From: an uncultured Acetatifactor sp.
Lineage (GTDB): Bacteria; Bacillota; Clostridia; Lachnospirales; Lachnospiraceae
DNA length: 46,767 bases
Assembly: GCA_947584035.1 (NCBI GenBank)
Contig: CANPWJ010000001.1
Coordinates: forward strand, 1-46,767
Reading direction: 5' to 3'
Numbering within the stretch: position 1 is the stretch's first letter; the number at the start of each line of letters is the position of its first letter. The position numbers and the translations under genes were made by a program. Of the stretch, positions 21,757 through 31,937 are shown piece by piece. A model generated the notes under the pieces. The model saw only the letters and a list, made by a program, of their open reading frames with translations, searched no databases and had not been told where the DNA came from.

Positions 21757-22722
21757 ATGAACGCAGTATTAGAGAAAATCAGCAAGATCGGCATTGTTCC
21801 GGTGGTAAAGATCGACCGGGAGGAGGACGCGCTTCCTCTGGCTAAGGCACTCTGCGCGGGCGGACTTCCCTGTGCGGAGGTAACCTTCCGCACCAGTGCG
21901 GCAGCCGGTGCGATCAAGATTATGACGGAGAACTTCCCGGAGATGTGCGTGGGCGCTGGAACGGTCCTGAACGCGGAGCAGGTGGACGCATCCATCGCAG
22001 CGGGCGCAAAGTTTATCGTCAGCCCCGGCCTGAATCCCAGGACCGTGAAGTATTGTATCGAGAAGAACATCCCGATCACTCCCGGCACCTCCAGCCCCAG
22101 CGACATCGAGCAGGCAATCGAGCTCGGCCTGGAAGTGGTGAAGTTCTTCCCTGCGGAGCAGTCCGGCGGGCTTGCAAAGATCAAGGCCATGGCAGCTCCC
22201 TATGTGAACATGAAGTTCATGCCCACCGGCGGCGTCAATGCAAAGAACCTCACCTCCTATCTGGATTTCCCGAAGATCATCGCGTGCGGCGGTTCCTGGA
22301 TGGTTCCCGGCGACCTGATCAATGCCGGAGAGTGGGATAAGATCGAGCAGCTGACCAGAGAGGCGGTTCAGACCATGCTTGGATTTGAGCTGGCTCATGT
22401 GGGTGTGAATGCCGCAAACGAGGACGAGGCAGTCAAGGCTGCGGAGCGTTTCGGCTACATCTTCGGTATGCCCGCCAAGAACGGCAACAGCTCCGTATTT
22501 GCCGGCGGCGCGCTGGAGTGCATGAAGAGCCCTTACCTTGGAAAGAACGGCCATATCGCTGTGCGTACCAACTACATCGAGAGAGCTGTCAACTACCTGA
22601 GCACCGTTCTTAATGTGGAGTTTGACGAGTCCACCGCAAAGCGGGATGCCAAGGGCGGCTTAAAGGCCATCTACCTGAAGGAGGAGATCGGCGGCTTCGC
22701 GGTACATCTTGTTCAGAAGTAA
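21757..22722 (+). CDS. eda: KDPG/KHG aldolase with ~110-aa C-terminal extension
   Basis: EVTFRT, GAGTV, FIVSPG, KFFPA, PTGGV. Confidence 0.92.
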   Translation: MNAVLEKISKIGIVPVVKIDREEDALPLAKALCAGGLPCAEVTFRTSAAAGAIKIMTENFPEMCVGAGTVLNAEQVDASIAAGAKFIVSPGLNPRTVKYCIEKNIPITPGTSSPSDIEQAIELGLEVVKFFPAEQSGGLAKIKAMAAPYVNMKFMPTGGVNAKNLTSYLDFPKIIACGGSWMVPGDLINAGEWDKIEQLTREAVQTMLGFELAHVGVNAANEDEAVKAAERFGYIFGMPAKNGNSSVFAGGALECMKSPYLGKNGHIAVRTNYIERAVNYLSTVLNVEFDESTAKRDAKGGLKAIYLKEEIGGFAVHLVQK

Positions 22723-22755
22723 GCGGTCAGACAGCCGTAAAGGCGGCAGGAAGAA

Positions 22756-22803
22756 CAGCAATAAAGGCAGTAATAAAGGCAGTAATAAAGGCAGCAATAA
22801 AAA
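22756..22803. repeat. Four tandem 12-bp units CAG(C/T)AATAAAGG
   Basis: Units at 22756, 22768, 22780, 22792 (last ends AA). Confidence 0.9.
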
Positions 22804-22830
22804 ATACATATAAAGAAAGGAATCATTACA

Positions 22831-23862
22831 ATGGCAAAAGTTATTACCATGGGTGAGATCATGCTGAGACTGTCCACCCCCAACAACGAGAAGTTCATCC
22901 AGGCAGACGAGTTCGACATCAACTACGGCGGCGGTGAGGCAAACGTAGCGGTTTCCCTTGCCAACTATGGACACGACGCTGAGTTTGTGACCGCAGTTCC
23001 GGACAACGAGATCGGTGAGTGCGCGGTTGCCGCTCTGAGAAAGTACGGCGTTGAGACCAAGCATATCGCAAGGACCGGGGAGAGACTTGGCATCTACTAT
23101 CTGGAGAGCGGCTGCTCCATGAGACCCTCCAAGGTGGTTTACGACCGTGCGCACTCCTCCATCTCCACCGCTACCGAGGCAGATTTCAACTTTGACGAGA
23201 TCTTTGAGGGCGCTGACTGGTTCCACTTTACCGGCATCACTCCCGCTGTATCTGATTCCGCAGCCGTTTTGACCGAGAAAGCCCTGATCGCCGCAAAGAA
23301 GCACGGCGTTAAGGTTTCCGTAGACTTAAACTTCCGCAAGAAGCTGTGGTCCTCCGAGAAGGCCCAGAAGGTTATGAAGAACCTGATGCAGTATGTGGAT
23401 GTCTGCATCGGAAACGAGGAGGACGCAGAGCTGGTGCTTGGCTACAAGCCCGGCAACACCGACGTTACCAGCGGCGAGCTGGAGCTGGCAGGCTACAAGT
23501 CCATCTTCGAGCAGATGGTTGCAGACTATAATTTTGAGTACTGCATCTCCTCTCTGCGCGTGAGCCACTCCGCATCCGACAACGGCTGGTCCGCATGTAT
23601 CTATTCCAGAGACACCAAGGAGTTTTATCACTCCAAGGAGTACAGCATCCATCCCATCGTTGACCGTGTGGGCGGCGGCGACTCCTTTGCCGGCGGCGTG
23701 ATCTGCGGCCTGGTAGACGGCAAGGACTTCAAGGCGGCTCTCGAGTACGGCGTAGCGGCATCCGCTCTGAAGCACACCATTCCCGGAGACTTCAACCTGG
23801 TTTCCCGGAAAGAGGTTGAGACGCTGGCTGGCGGCGACGCTTCCGGACGTGTACAGAGATAA
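22831..23862 (+). CDS. kdgK: 2-keto-3-deoxygluconate kinase (PfkB family)
   Basis: GEIMLRLS, GGGEANVA, DLNFRKKLWS, DRVGGGDSFAGG. Confidence 0.92.
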   Translation: MAKVITMGEIMLRLSTPNNEKFIQADEFDINYGGGEANVAVSLANYGHDAEFVTAVPDNEIGECAVAALRKYGVETKHIARTGERLGIYYLESGCSMRPSKVVYDRAHSSISTATEADFNFDEIFEGADWFHFTGITPAVSDSAAVLTEKALIAAKKHGVKVSVDLNFRKKLWSSEKAQKVMKNLMQYVDVCIGNEEDAELVLGYKPGNTDVTSGELELAGYKSIFEQMVADYNFEYCISSLRVSHSASDNGWSACIYSRDTKEFYHSKEYSIHPIVDRVGGGDSFAGGVICGLVDGKDFKAALEYGVAASALKHTIPGDFNLVSRKEVETLAGGDASGRVQR

Positions 23863-23906
23863 TCTGTTTCCAGCGGCGTGACGCCGAAGGGAAGATCAAA
23901 CGAACG

Positions 23907-23948
23907 CAAAAAAATTGCCACATCGATCTTGATGTGGCAATTTTTTTG
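23907..23948. terminator. Bidirectional intrinsic terminator
   Basis: CAAAAAAATTGCCACATC / GATGTGGCAATTTTTTTG between convergent genes. Confidence 0.9.
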
Positions 23949-23965
23949 TATGTTTGCTGGTTCGT

Positions 23966-26593
23966 TCAGCTCTCCCATTCCTGCATGATCTGTTCGCAGG
24001 TGTCGCCGTCTATCTCGTTGACGGCCTCCTTTAACCGGGCAAAGAGCTCGTCGTAGGGCGGATCGTAGCGGTATCGGTTCATCTCCCGCATCCTGGCGAA
24101 GCAGGAGAGGAGGAGCTCCCGGGAGATATTTTCCTTCTCCCCGGAATCGGTTTCCTCCTCCTGGAAGTAGGAGGCGAGTGTCTCCGTGTAGGCGCGGTAC
24201 TGCTCCAGCAGGGCGCCTGTATTTTTGCGTATAAAATCCGTGTCCCGGGCATTTCCGGCCTTTTCCAGAGCAGCCGCCTTGTTGGAGAGGGTGTTTGCGC
24301 CGATCTGCCGGGAGCTGCTCTTGAGCGCGTGCACCTCGATGGTGTAGTTGGCCCAGTCCTCCGCCTCCAGGAAGGCCTGGATGGAGTTGGCCTTCTTTTC
24401 GATGGCGTGATAGTAGTCCTTCAGGACGGTCCAGAACAGCGCCTCGCTTCCCAGCAGGTGGATAGCGGAGTGAGTGTCCAGATCCGCCACCTCGATATTC
24501 AGATGAGAAGCGTCCTCGTGGGAAAAGACGGGGCCGTTCACCTTTTTGATCTTCTCCACCGGGAGCCATTTCTTGACCTTGGAGATCAGCATCTGCAGCT
24601 CGATGGGCTTGGGAATGAAGTCGTTCATCCCCTCCTTCAGGAACATCTCTTTGGTGCCGTCCACCGCGTTGGCGGTCAGGGCGATGATGGGGACATCGTT
24701 GTACTCCTCGTGGAAACGCCGGATAATATGGGTGGTCTCCACGCCGTCCAGCTCCGGCATCATATGATCCATAAAGACGATGTCGTAGTGCTCCACGGAA
24801 ATCTTGGCGATGGCGTCCTTGCCGCTCAGGGCGGTGTCGATGCGCATCTGGAGCGGCGTCAAAAGCCCTTCCGCCACCGTCAGATTGACCGCGTTGTCGT
24901 CCACGATCAGCACCTCCGCCTTGGGGGCGATAAAGTCAAAATCCTCCTCCTTCTCGTCGGAAGCGTTGGAGAAATGGATCAGCTCCTTGTTGAGCAGCAT
25001 GGCAAGGTTCATGGTGTAGAGCGGTTTTTTCACCGGAATGATATTGGTGATATCGTACTTGGTGCCGTCGTCGTAAGGGGTCAGAAGCACCACGGTGATG
25101 TCGGGATGCTCCAGCGCGTAGTCCTCCGGGTGAAAGCCGGACATATTCTGCTCCAGGAAGAGATAGCGGGTGGCCTTGGTCCGGATCAGGGTGACCTCCT
25201 CGGGGGAGGGCAGCGTCTGGAAGGGGACGCCCAGCACCTTGGCTGAATGCTCCAGAGACGCCTTGATATAAGGGTTCTGGATGCAGGAAAAGATCATGCT
25301 CTCCTCCGGCTTTGCCACCTGGATGCTGGGAATGGGGTTGATCACCTTCTGAGGAAGGGAGAAGGAAAAGGTGCTTCCCTTCTCGTACTCGCTCTCCACA
25401 TGGATGGAGCCGTTCATCAGGGTGAGAAGCTGCTTGGAGATGGCCAGCCCCAGCCCGGTGCCCTCGATGTTGCGGTTGCGCTTGCTGTCCAGCTGCTGGA
25501 AGGATTGGAACAGCTTATCCATGTCCTCCGGCTTGATCCCGATGCCCGTGTCCTCCACGGCCACGTTGAGCATGATCTCGTCCCCTTCGGCGGGGGCGGA
25601 ATGGATATGTATGACGATCTGGCCCTCCCGGGTGAATTTCACCGCGTTGTTGGCCAGATTGATCAGAATCTGCTTGATGCGGATATTGTCCCCCAGGAGT
25701 GTGCGGGGCAGACTGGGAGAGATATCCATGATGAGCTCCACGTCCTTATCCTTCAGGCGGGTGGTCAGGATATTGACCACATCGTTGATCATGGACAGCA
25801 GCTCGTACTCCACCACGTTGATGTCCATCTTGCCGGACTCGATCTTGGAGAAATCCAGAATGTCGTTGATAATGGTGAGCAGCGCCCGGCCGGAGGTTTT
25901 GATCTGGCCGATGTACTCCCTGGCCTGGGGCGGCAGATCCTCCCGCAGCGCCATATCGGCCATGCCGATCACGGCGTTCATGGGCGTGCGGATCTCATGG
26001 CTCATGTTGGCCAGAAAATCGGATTTCATGGAGGCGGCGTGCTGCAGCTCCGCGTTTGCCTGGATCGCCAGATATTTGCCGTATGCCATGTCGGACAGGA
26101 TGCTGGCGATGGAAAAGAGAAACTCGGAGGAGCGGTCGATATCCGATTCCTTCCGGATCGGGAGCCTCTGGGCGGCCTCCCAGTATTCCTCCGGATCCAG
26201 GCCCAGATCCTCGGCCAGCTTGCAGATCACCTCGTACTCCGGGGCCTTGTGCAGGATCTGCCCGCCAATGAAACAGCCGACCAGGTGGTCGCCCGTCATA
26301 ATGGGAGCGGCGAAATCCACCAGCCCGGCATGGCAGTAATATGTGGTAGGCCGTCTCTGGTAGAGGGTGATGACAGCGCCCTGCCGGTCACATTCCTCGC
26401 AGCGTTTGCATCCCAGAGAGGACTTGCGCGTGTATTTCATGCAGAAATCCGTAAAATTGGATCCCTGGGTCACCGATTTGCCCTCGGCGTCCGTGGTCAC
26501 CGCGGCGATCCCCGTGAGCTGAGAGAAGGAATTCTGTATCTTCTGCAGGGTCTCCACGTCGATCAGGTCAGTCAAATAAAGTTCTTCACTCAT
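23966..26593 (-). CDS. Soluble hybrid sensor kinase: PocR - HisKA - HATPase - REC - HPt
   Basis: FTDFCM...C..CD...YYCHAGLVDFAAPI (PocR); FLANMSHEIRTPMN; GTGLGLAIS; FMDHMMP; VHALKSSSRQIGA (HPt). Confidence 0.92.
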   Translation of the reverse strand: MSEELYLTDLIDVETLQKIQNSFSQLTGIAAVTTDAEGKSVTQGSNFTDFCMKYTRKSSLGCKRCEECDRQGAVITLYQRRPTTYYCHAGLVDFAAPIMTGDHLVGCFIGGQILHKAPEYEVICKLAEDLGLDPEEYWEAAQRLPIRKESDIDRSSEFLFSIASILSDMAYGKYLAIQANAELQHAASMKSDFLANMSHEIRTPMNAVIGMADMALREDLPPQAREYIGQIKTSGRALLTIINDILDFSKIESGKMDINVVEYELLSMINDVVNILTTRLKDKDVELIMDISPSLPRTLLGDNIRIKQILINLANNAVKFTREGQIVIHIHSAPAEGDEIMLNVAVEDTGIGIKPEDMDKLFQSFQQLDSKRNRNIEGTGLGLAISKQLLTLMNGSIHVESEYEKGSTFSFSLPQKVINPIPSIQVAKPEESMIFSCIQNPYIKASLEHSAKVLGVPFQTLPSPEEVTLIRTKATRYLFLEQNMSGFHPEDYALEHPDITVVLLTPYDDGTKYDITNIIPVKKPLYTMNLAMLLNKELIHFSNASDEKEEDFDFIAPKAEVLIVDDNAVNLTVAEGLLTPLQMRIDTALSGKDAIAKISVEHYDIVFMDHMMPELDGVETTHIIRRFHEEYNDVPIIALTANAVDGTKEMFLKEGMNDFIPKPIELQMLISKVKKWLPVEKIKKVNGPVFSHEDASHLNIEVADLDTHSAIHLLGSEALFWTVLKDYYHAIEKKANSIQAFLEAEDWANYTIEVHALKSSSRQIGANTLSNKAAALEKAGNARDTDFIRKNTGALLEQYRAYTETLASYFQEEETDSGEKENISRELLLSCFARMREMNRYRYDPPYDELFARLKEAVNEIDGDTCEQIMQEWES

Positions 26594-26651
26594 GGGGGCA
26601 GTCTCCTTTATCCTGATTTACCCGTCCGATCCGGGCAGGGAGATGCCGATG

Positions 26652-27476
26652 CTATTTCTGGTTCAGCGTCTCCTCGATGATGTTGAACAGCTTATCCCGG
26701 TCGATGGGCTTGAGCAGATAGCCCTGCGGCTTCAGCGACAGGGCCTTCCTGATCTTATCCCGCTCCGTGACACCGGTGAGGAATACGACGGGAAGATCCT
26801 TGGTCTCCTCGTTGGCGCGCAGCTTTTCCAGCACATCGGCGCCGTTCTCCACCGGCATCTCGTAGTCCAGAAGGATCAGGTCCGTGGTCTTGTTTTCCAG
26901 GAACTTCATGGCTACCTTGCCGTTGATGGCGGTGGCGATATCGTAGGATTTGTGCAGCTGCTCCTTGATCATCTTGAGCATCATGGGATCGTCGTCCACC
27001 ACCAGGATGTGCTTCCGGCGGGAAGCCTCCTTGGCCTTTTCCTCCTCGGCGGCAGTGAGAGTGGCCTGAACCTCCGCCAGGAAGGCGTCCTCCTTCTCCT
27101 TTTGCTTCCGGCCCGCCAGGAAGGTGGTGATCCGTTCCTCTATGCCGATGGTGGAGATGGGCCTGGTGAGGACCAGATCCGCCACATTGTTGGTGGAGCG
27201 CAGGAATTCGTTGCAGTCCTCCTCGGAGCCGATGATGACGACGGGGATCCCTTCCTTGGCCAGCTTGGTCTTGACGGTGGCGATCCGGGTAATGTGATCG
27301 TTGGTCTCCTGGTTTAAGCAGTAGACGAGCACATCCGGCTTGAAATATCGGATGTGGCTCACGATGTCATCGTAGCGTATGGATGTGGTGAGCGATTCAA
27401 AATTGTCCACCATCTGTGAAAAGAAGTCGTCGATAACGGTCTTGTTCCTTCCGGTCAGAAGAACCTTATAAATCAT
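26652..27476 (-). CDS. Response regulator with degenerate N-terminal receiver and intact C-terminal receiver, no output domain
   Basis: C-terminal ILVVDDD...LILLDYEMP...VFLT...YLLKP; N-terminal PDVLVYCL lacks the acceptor Asp. Confidence 0.85.
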   Translation of the reverse strand: MIYKVLLTGRNKTVIDDFFSQMVDNFESLTTSIRYDDIVSHIRYFKPDVLVYCLNQETNDHITRIATVKTKLAKEGIPVVIIGSEEDCNEFLRSTNNVADLVLTRPISTIGIEERITTFLAGRKQKEKEDAFLAEVQATLTAAEEEKAKEASRRKHILVVDDDPMMLKMIKEQLHKSYDIATAINGKVAMKFLENKTTDLILLDYEMPVENGADVLEKLRANEETKDLPVVFLTGVTERDKIRKALSLKPQGYLLKPIDRDKLFNIIEETLNQK

Positions 27477-27506
27477 AAGTGATGCCTCCTGTCATGCGGT
27501 TTCCCA

Positions 27507-28910
27507 TTATTTATTCTCGGGGATCGTGCTCTCCGCCACATCACCGGTGTTGCGGATCACGTCGCGCAGGTCAGCCAGCGCGGAAGAGAAGCGGCCAAAC
27601 GCGTCGAGCGCCTCGGAAAATGCCTGCATCGCCGCCTCGCGGTTGTCGTCCTCCTTGGCGTACCAGGAGTCGCAGGCGTGCTTGTGGATGTCCAGATGGG
27701 CCTGGATGGCGGCCTTGTAGGGAGCCGACTCGGTGATGGCCCGGTCGGTCTGCCTGGCCAGCCATTTGCCAAACTTGCAGCTCTCAGGATTGTTCAGCTG
27801 GGTGATCTTCAAATGTTCAAATTCCACAATGTTATTGTAGAGACGCCAGGTCAGCGTCAGGTGGTCGATCTCAAACACGGTCAGCCAGTCCAGATTGGTC
27901 AGGTTGGAGTTGTGCTTGGCCATGTCGTTTCTCGCGTTGTCCACGTCACGGGAAATGTGGTACATGTGGACGCCGGTATCCATGCAGTTCTGATACAGCG
28001 TGTTGAAGCTCTTGGAGATATTGTCCACGCTGGACACAAAGTACTGGGTCAGAGCGGACTGCGTGTTTACCTCCTTGTAGATGCCGTCGATCTCCTCGCC
28101 GATGGAGGCCAGCTGACGGTTCATCAGCTGCATACTCTGCACCGAGGAGTGGACGCTCTGGTTGCCCGTGTCGAGGCTGCGGGTGGTTTCGCTGATGGCG
28201 TCGGAGATAACCGCGATCTCATTGGTCAAGTCGGACACGTATTGGTTTACATTGTCGGCGCAGGAGGTGGTGCTGGAAGAGAGCTGGCTCATCTGCTGTG
28301 CCACCACGCCGAAGCCGCGGCCGGATTCCCCGGCTCTGGCGGCCTCGATGGAGGCGTTCAGGGCCAGAAGGCTGCTCTCCTCGGCCAGGGAACGGACCGT
28401 GTCGATGATCTCGTTGATCTTCTCCGTCTTTTCCTTGAAGGCGACGATCTGTTTGTTGATGTCGCTGATCTGCAGGGAAGAGTTGTTGATGATCTGCAGA
28501 CTGTTGTTCATGCTGTCGGTGCAGGTGTTGGAGGTCCCGGTCAGCTCCAGGGAGCTGTCCTGGATCCTCTTGGCGGTCTGCTGGATGGTCAGGATGGAAT
28601 CGCCCAGCTCCTGGCTGGAATCGCGCATGGTGCCGATGGTCTTGGTCTGGGAGGTCACCTCCTCCAGCATATCCTTCATCACCGCGCCGTTGGCGATCCG
28701 GCTCATGGCCTTGTTCATTTTCATCACAAAACCGTTGTTGATGTCCAGGATGGACGCCAGCATATGGTTGTACGTTTCGGCAAGGGCGCCGTCGTGGAAC
28801 CGGGAGAGATCCACAAAGGCGAATTCGCCGCTGCTCACCTTCTCCATGCTTTCCTTTAAAAGAGCGATGTCCTCCGCGAGGGGATTGATTTTGGGTTTCT
28901 TCTGTAGCAT
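27507..28910 (-). CDS. Soluble chemoreceptor with C-terminal CZB zinc-binding domain
   Basis: [24 protein letters not shown]; DHLTL...SCKFGKWL...AHLDIH; no TM segment. Confidence 0.88.
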   Translation of the reverse strand: MLQKKPKINPLAEDIALLKESMEKVSSGEFAFVDLSRFHDGALAETYNHMLASILDINNGFVMKMNKAMSRIANGAVMKDMLEEVTSQTKTIGTMRDSSQELGDSILTIQQTAKRIQDSSLELTGTSNTCTDSMNNSLQIINNSSLQISDINKQIVAFKEKTEKINEIIDTVRSLAEESSLLALNASIEAARAGESGRGFGVVAQQMSQLSSSTTSCADNVNQYVSDLTNEIAVISDAISETTRSLDTGNQSVHSSVQSMQLMNRQLASIGEEIDGIYKEVNTQSALTQYFVSSVDNISKSFNTLYQNCMDTGVHMYHISRDVDNARNDMAKHNSNLTNLDWLTVFEIDHLTLTWRLYNNIVEFEHLKITQLNNPESCKFGKWLARQTDRAITESAPYKAAIQAHLDIHKHACDSWYAKEDDNREAAMQAFSEALDAFGRFSSALADLRDVIRNTGDVAESTIPENK

Positions 28911-29147
28911 ATGAATCCTCCTGAATCCTAAATTAAATACCGTTTCTTACCGTTCGCAGCATGATCCGCATGACTTGCCTTTGGCTGCTGTAATTCTGCT
29001 GTAGTTCATTTTATTATAGCATGATTTGAAGCGATTGACTATCCATTTCTGCAAAAAAAGCAGCTTATTTACGAAAATGGAAAAATGTGCTACCATAAAC
29101 GGGAGTAGAAAAAGAGTGGAGCGCCTACAGGGCGCACGGGAGATTTC

Positions 29148-29813
29148 ATGGAAATAACATACTTTATCGCTTTTTTTAATCTGATCGGAACGGTGGCCTT
29201 TGCCCTGTCGGGAGCCATGACGGCGATCAAGAAGGATATGGACGCCCTGGGCGTCATTATTTTGGGCGTGGTGACGGCGGTGGGCGGAGGGATCCTCCGG
29301 GACATCGTGCTGGGGGAGAAGCCGCCCCAGGCCCTTCGGGATCCGCGCTATGCCTTCTGTGCCTTTGTGGTGTCCGTGTTTATTTTTCTCGTCCTCTATT
29401 TTCATGTGCGGGGCTACCGCCGGATCTCCAGCGCCCTCTTTCAGCAGATCCTGATGGCGGCGGACACGCTGGGGCTGGCGGTCTTTACCGTGGTGGGAGT
29501 GCGCGCCGTCTGCGGGAACAGGAGCGAGTGGAATTACTTCCTGCCCATCTTTCTGGGAACCATCACCGGCGTGGGAGGAGGGCTTTTGCGGGATATCCTG
29601 GCGGGCGACCGCCCGTATATCTTTGTGAAGCATGTCTATGCCTGTGCGTCGATCGCGGGGGCTTTTGTCTGCACGTTTCTCTGGAGGAGGGTGGAGGAGC
29701 GGTGGGCGATGCTCCTGGGAGCGCTCTGTGTGATCCTGATCCGGCTGCTGGCCATCCATTTTCGATGGAACCTTCCCAAGATACGCGACGGCGAGAGTCT
29801 GATTGACAATTAG
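29148..29813 (+). CDS. TRIC / UPF0126 family membrane protein
   Basis: Two repeats, TAVGGGILRD and TGVGGGLLRD; GTVAFALSG. Confidence 0.9.
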   Translation: MEITYFIAFFNLIGTVAFALSGAMTAIKKDMDALGVIILGVVTAVGGGILRDIVLGEKPPQALRDPRYAFCAFVVSVFIFLVLYFHVRGYRRISSALFQQILMAADTLGLAVFTVVGVRAVCGNRSEWNYFLPIFLGTITGVGGGLLRDILAGDRPYIFVKHVYACASIAGAFVCTFLWRRVEERWAMLLGALCVILIRLLAIHFRWNLPKIRDGESLIDN

Positions 29814-29831
29814 GGCGGGATTCGCTATAAT
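29803..29831 (+). promoter_or_regulatory. Perfect sigmaA consensus promoter for the amidohydrolase operon
   Basis: TTGACA(29803)-17 nt-TATAAT(29826). Confidence 0.8.
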
Positions 29832-29918
29832 GAAGATGTTATTTGCTGGCAAGGGCGCGCGGGGGAGAGGCTGCGCGCTTTTTGGATTCACAGGGAGATC
29901 ACACAGGAGGGAAAGGAT

Positions 29919-31133
29919 ATGGACAGAGCGGAGATCTTGGCGCGGGCAGGAGAGCTGCAGCCGCATCTGGCCGGGATCCGGCATGATCTGCACAGACATC
30001 CGGAGCTTGGCTTCGACCTGCAGTACACAAAGGAGCGGGTAAAACAGGAGCTGGAGGAGATCGGCTATCGGCCAAAGGAGTGCGGCAGGTGCGGGCTGGT
30101 GGCCCTGGCGGGCGGCAAAAAGCCCGGAAAGACGATCCTTCTGCGGGGGGATATGGACGCGCTCCCCGTCAGCGAGGAGGCGCAGGTGGACTACGCCAGC
30201 GAGTACGAGGGCAGGATGCACGGCTGCGGCCACGATATGCACACCACCATGCTGCTGGGCGCGGCCCGCATTTTGAAGGAGCATGAGGACGAGCTCTCCG
30301 GGACGGTAAAGCTGGTCTTTCAGCCGGCGGAGGAGATCTTCCAGGGATCGGAGGATATGATCGCGTCCGGCGTCCTGAAGGATCCGGATGTGGACGCGGC
30401 GGTGATGCTCCATGTGGTGGCGGGGATGCCGATGCCCACCGGGAGGATCATGGTGCCGGGCGGCGGGATCTCCATGGCCTCCTGTGAACAGTACCACATC
30501 ACCGTCAAGGGCAGGGGCGGACACGGCTCCATGCCCCATGTCTCCATCGATCCGATCACGGCCGCGGCCCATATCCATCTGGCCTTGCAGGAGATCAACA
30601 GCAGAGAGCTGGACGGGAATGAGTTCGGCGTGTTTACCACCGGGAAATTTCAGGCGGGGGACGCTTCCAACGTGATCCCCGACACGGCGCAGATGTGGGG
30701 AACCATACGCACCCACGACGCGGAGGGAAAGATCGGCAGCCAGATCAAGCAGCGCATGACGGAGATCAGCAAGGGCGTGGGAAGCGCCTTCCGGTGCGAG
30801 GTGGAGGTGGAATTCTATGATTTCTGCCCCTCCATGGTGGTGGACGGCGACCTGTCGAAGGACGCGCTGCACTATATGACGGAGCTATTGGGCGAGGGAG
30901 CCATGGATATGACGCCCGTGACGGGAGGAAAGCCCGGGGGCGGCAGCGAGGACTTCGCCTTTGTCAGTCATAAGGTGCCCACTGTGGGCATGTTCATCAC
31001 CGCCGGAAATTCCCAGGAGGGCTATCTGTACGGGCAGCACAATCCCAAGGTGCGGTTTGACGATGAGGCCCTGCACTATGGCAGCGCGGCTTATGCCTAT
31101 ATGGCGTACCGATGGCTGGAGGAACATCCGTAG
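29919..31133 (+). CDS. M20D family amidohydrolase (hippurate hydrolase / aminoacylase-like)
   Basis: HRHPELG, RGDMDAL, MHGCGHD, FQPAEE, GGHGS, SEDF, HNP. Confidence 0.92.
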   Translation: MDRAEILARAGELQPHLAGIRHDLHRHPELGFDLQYTKERVKQELEEIGYRPKECGRCGLVALAGGKKPGKTILLRGDMDALPVSEEAQVDYASEYEGRMHGCGHDMHTTMLLGAARILKEHEDELSGTVKLVFQPAEEIFQGSEDMIASGVLKDPDVDAAVMLHVVAGMPMPTGRIMVPGGGISMASCEQYHITVKGRGGHGSMPHVSIDPITAAAHIHLALQEINSRELDGNEFGVFTTGKFQAGDASNVIPDTAQMWGTIRTHDAEGKIGSQIKQRMTEISKGVGSAFRCEVEVEFYDFCPSMVVDGDLSKDALHYMTELLGEGAMDMTPVTGGKPGGGSEDFAFVSHKVPTVGMFITAGNSQEGYLYGQHNPKVRFDDEALHYGSAAYAYMAYRWLEEHP

Positions 31134-31201
31134 GAACGGACAGGTGTCCGTGAAAAAGCCTTCCCTGCGGGGAGGAGGAACCTTTCAGATTGGAGGAAAC
31201 T

Positions 31202-31921
31202 ATGGGAAACGGAAATACAGGTTCTGTGGTAGCAAACAGTCCGCTGCTCTATGTGCTGATCGCGGCGGGCCTGGTGATGGTGGTGGTCTTTGCCGTCATC
31301 AGCGCGCTCCGGGCGTCCAAACGCTGTCAGGAGCTGGGGATCAGCAGGGAGACCATTCGAAATGTGGTAAAGTCCAGCGCGACTTCGGCCATCGTGCCCA
31401 GCCTGGCGGTGCTTTTGGGGTTTGTCACGCTGAGCGTGTCCCTGGGAGCGGCCTGGCCCTGGTGGCGCCTGTCGGTGATCGGCTCTCTGTCCTACGAGGT
31501 CATGGCGTCCCAGTACACGGCGGACGGCATGGGGATCGCCCTGTCCGATGTGCTCTCCGCGGATGCCACGGTGTTCGGGGCCATCATCCTGGTGATGACG
31601 ATCGGCGTGCTGGTTGAACCGCTGGCGGTGGCGCTTTTTGCCAAAAAGTATTCCACCGGGATTATGAAGGCCAAGAGCGGTTCCGGCGAGTGGGGACAGA
31701 TCATGTCGGGATGTTTTTTCCTGGCGATGTTTGCGGTCTATCTGCCGATTATGATCTTCACGGACCTGCCCACATCCCTGACGCTCTTTACCAGCCTGAT
31801 CGTCACGGTGCTCTGCGGGGCAGCGTCAAAGAAGCAGAAATGGCTGGGGAATTTCACCATGGCCATCGCGCTGATCGTCAGCATGTGTTCCAGCGTGCTG
31901 TGGGTAAAGCTGTTTGGTTAG
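31202..31921 (+). CDS. DUF5058 family membrane protein
   Basis: AIVPSLAVLLG...PWWRLSVIGSLSYE motif; about 6-7 TM. Confidence 0.75.
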   Translation: MGNGNTGSVVANSPLLYVLIAAGLVMVVVFAVISALRASKRCQELGISRETIRNVVKSSATSAIVPSLAVLLGFVTLSVSLGAAWPWWRLSVIGSLSYEVMASQYTADGMGIALSDVLSADATVFGAIILVMTIGVLVEPLAVALFAKKYSTGIMKAKSGSGEWGQIMSGCFFLAMFAVYLPIMIFTDLPTSLTLFTSLIVTVLCGAASKKQKWLGNFTMAIALIVSMCSSVLWVKLFG

Positions 31922-31937
31922 GAGAGGAGAGCGGACA

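Noticed and set aside
24070-24100. Possible short in-frame deletion in the kinase C-terminal helix (RMREMNRY)
   Set aside because: Impression only; needs an alignment with orthologues
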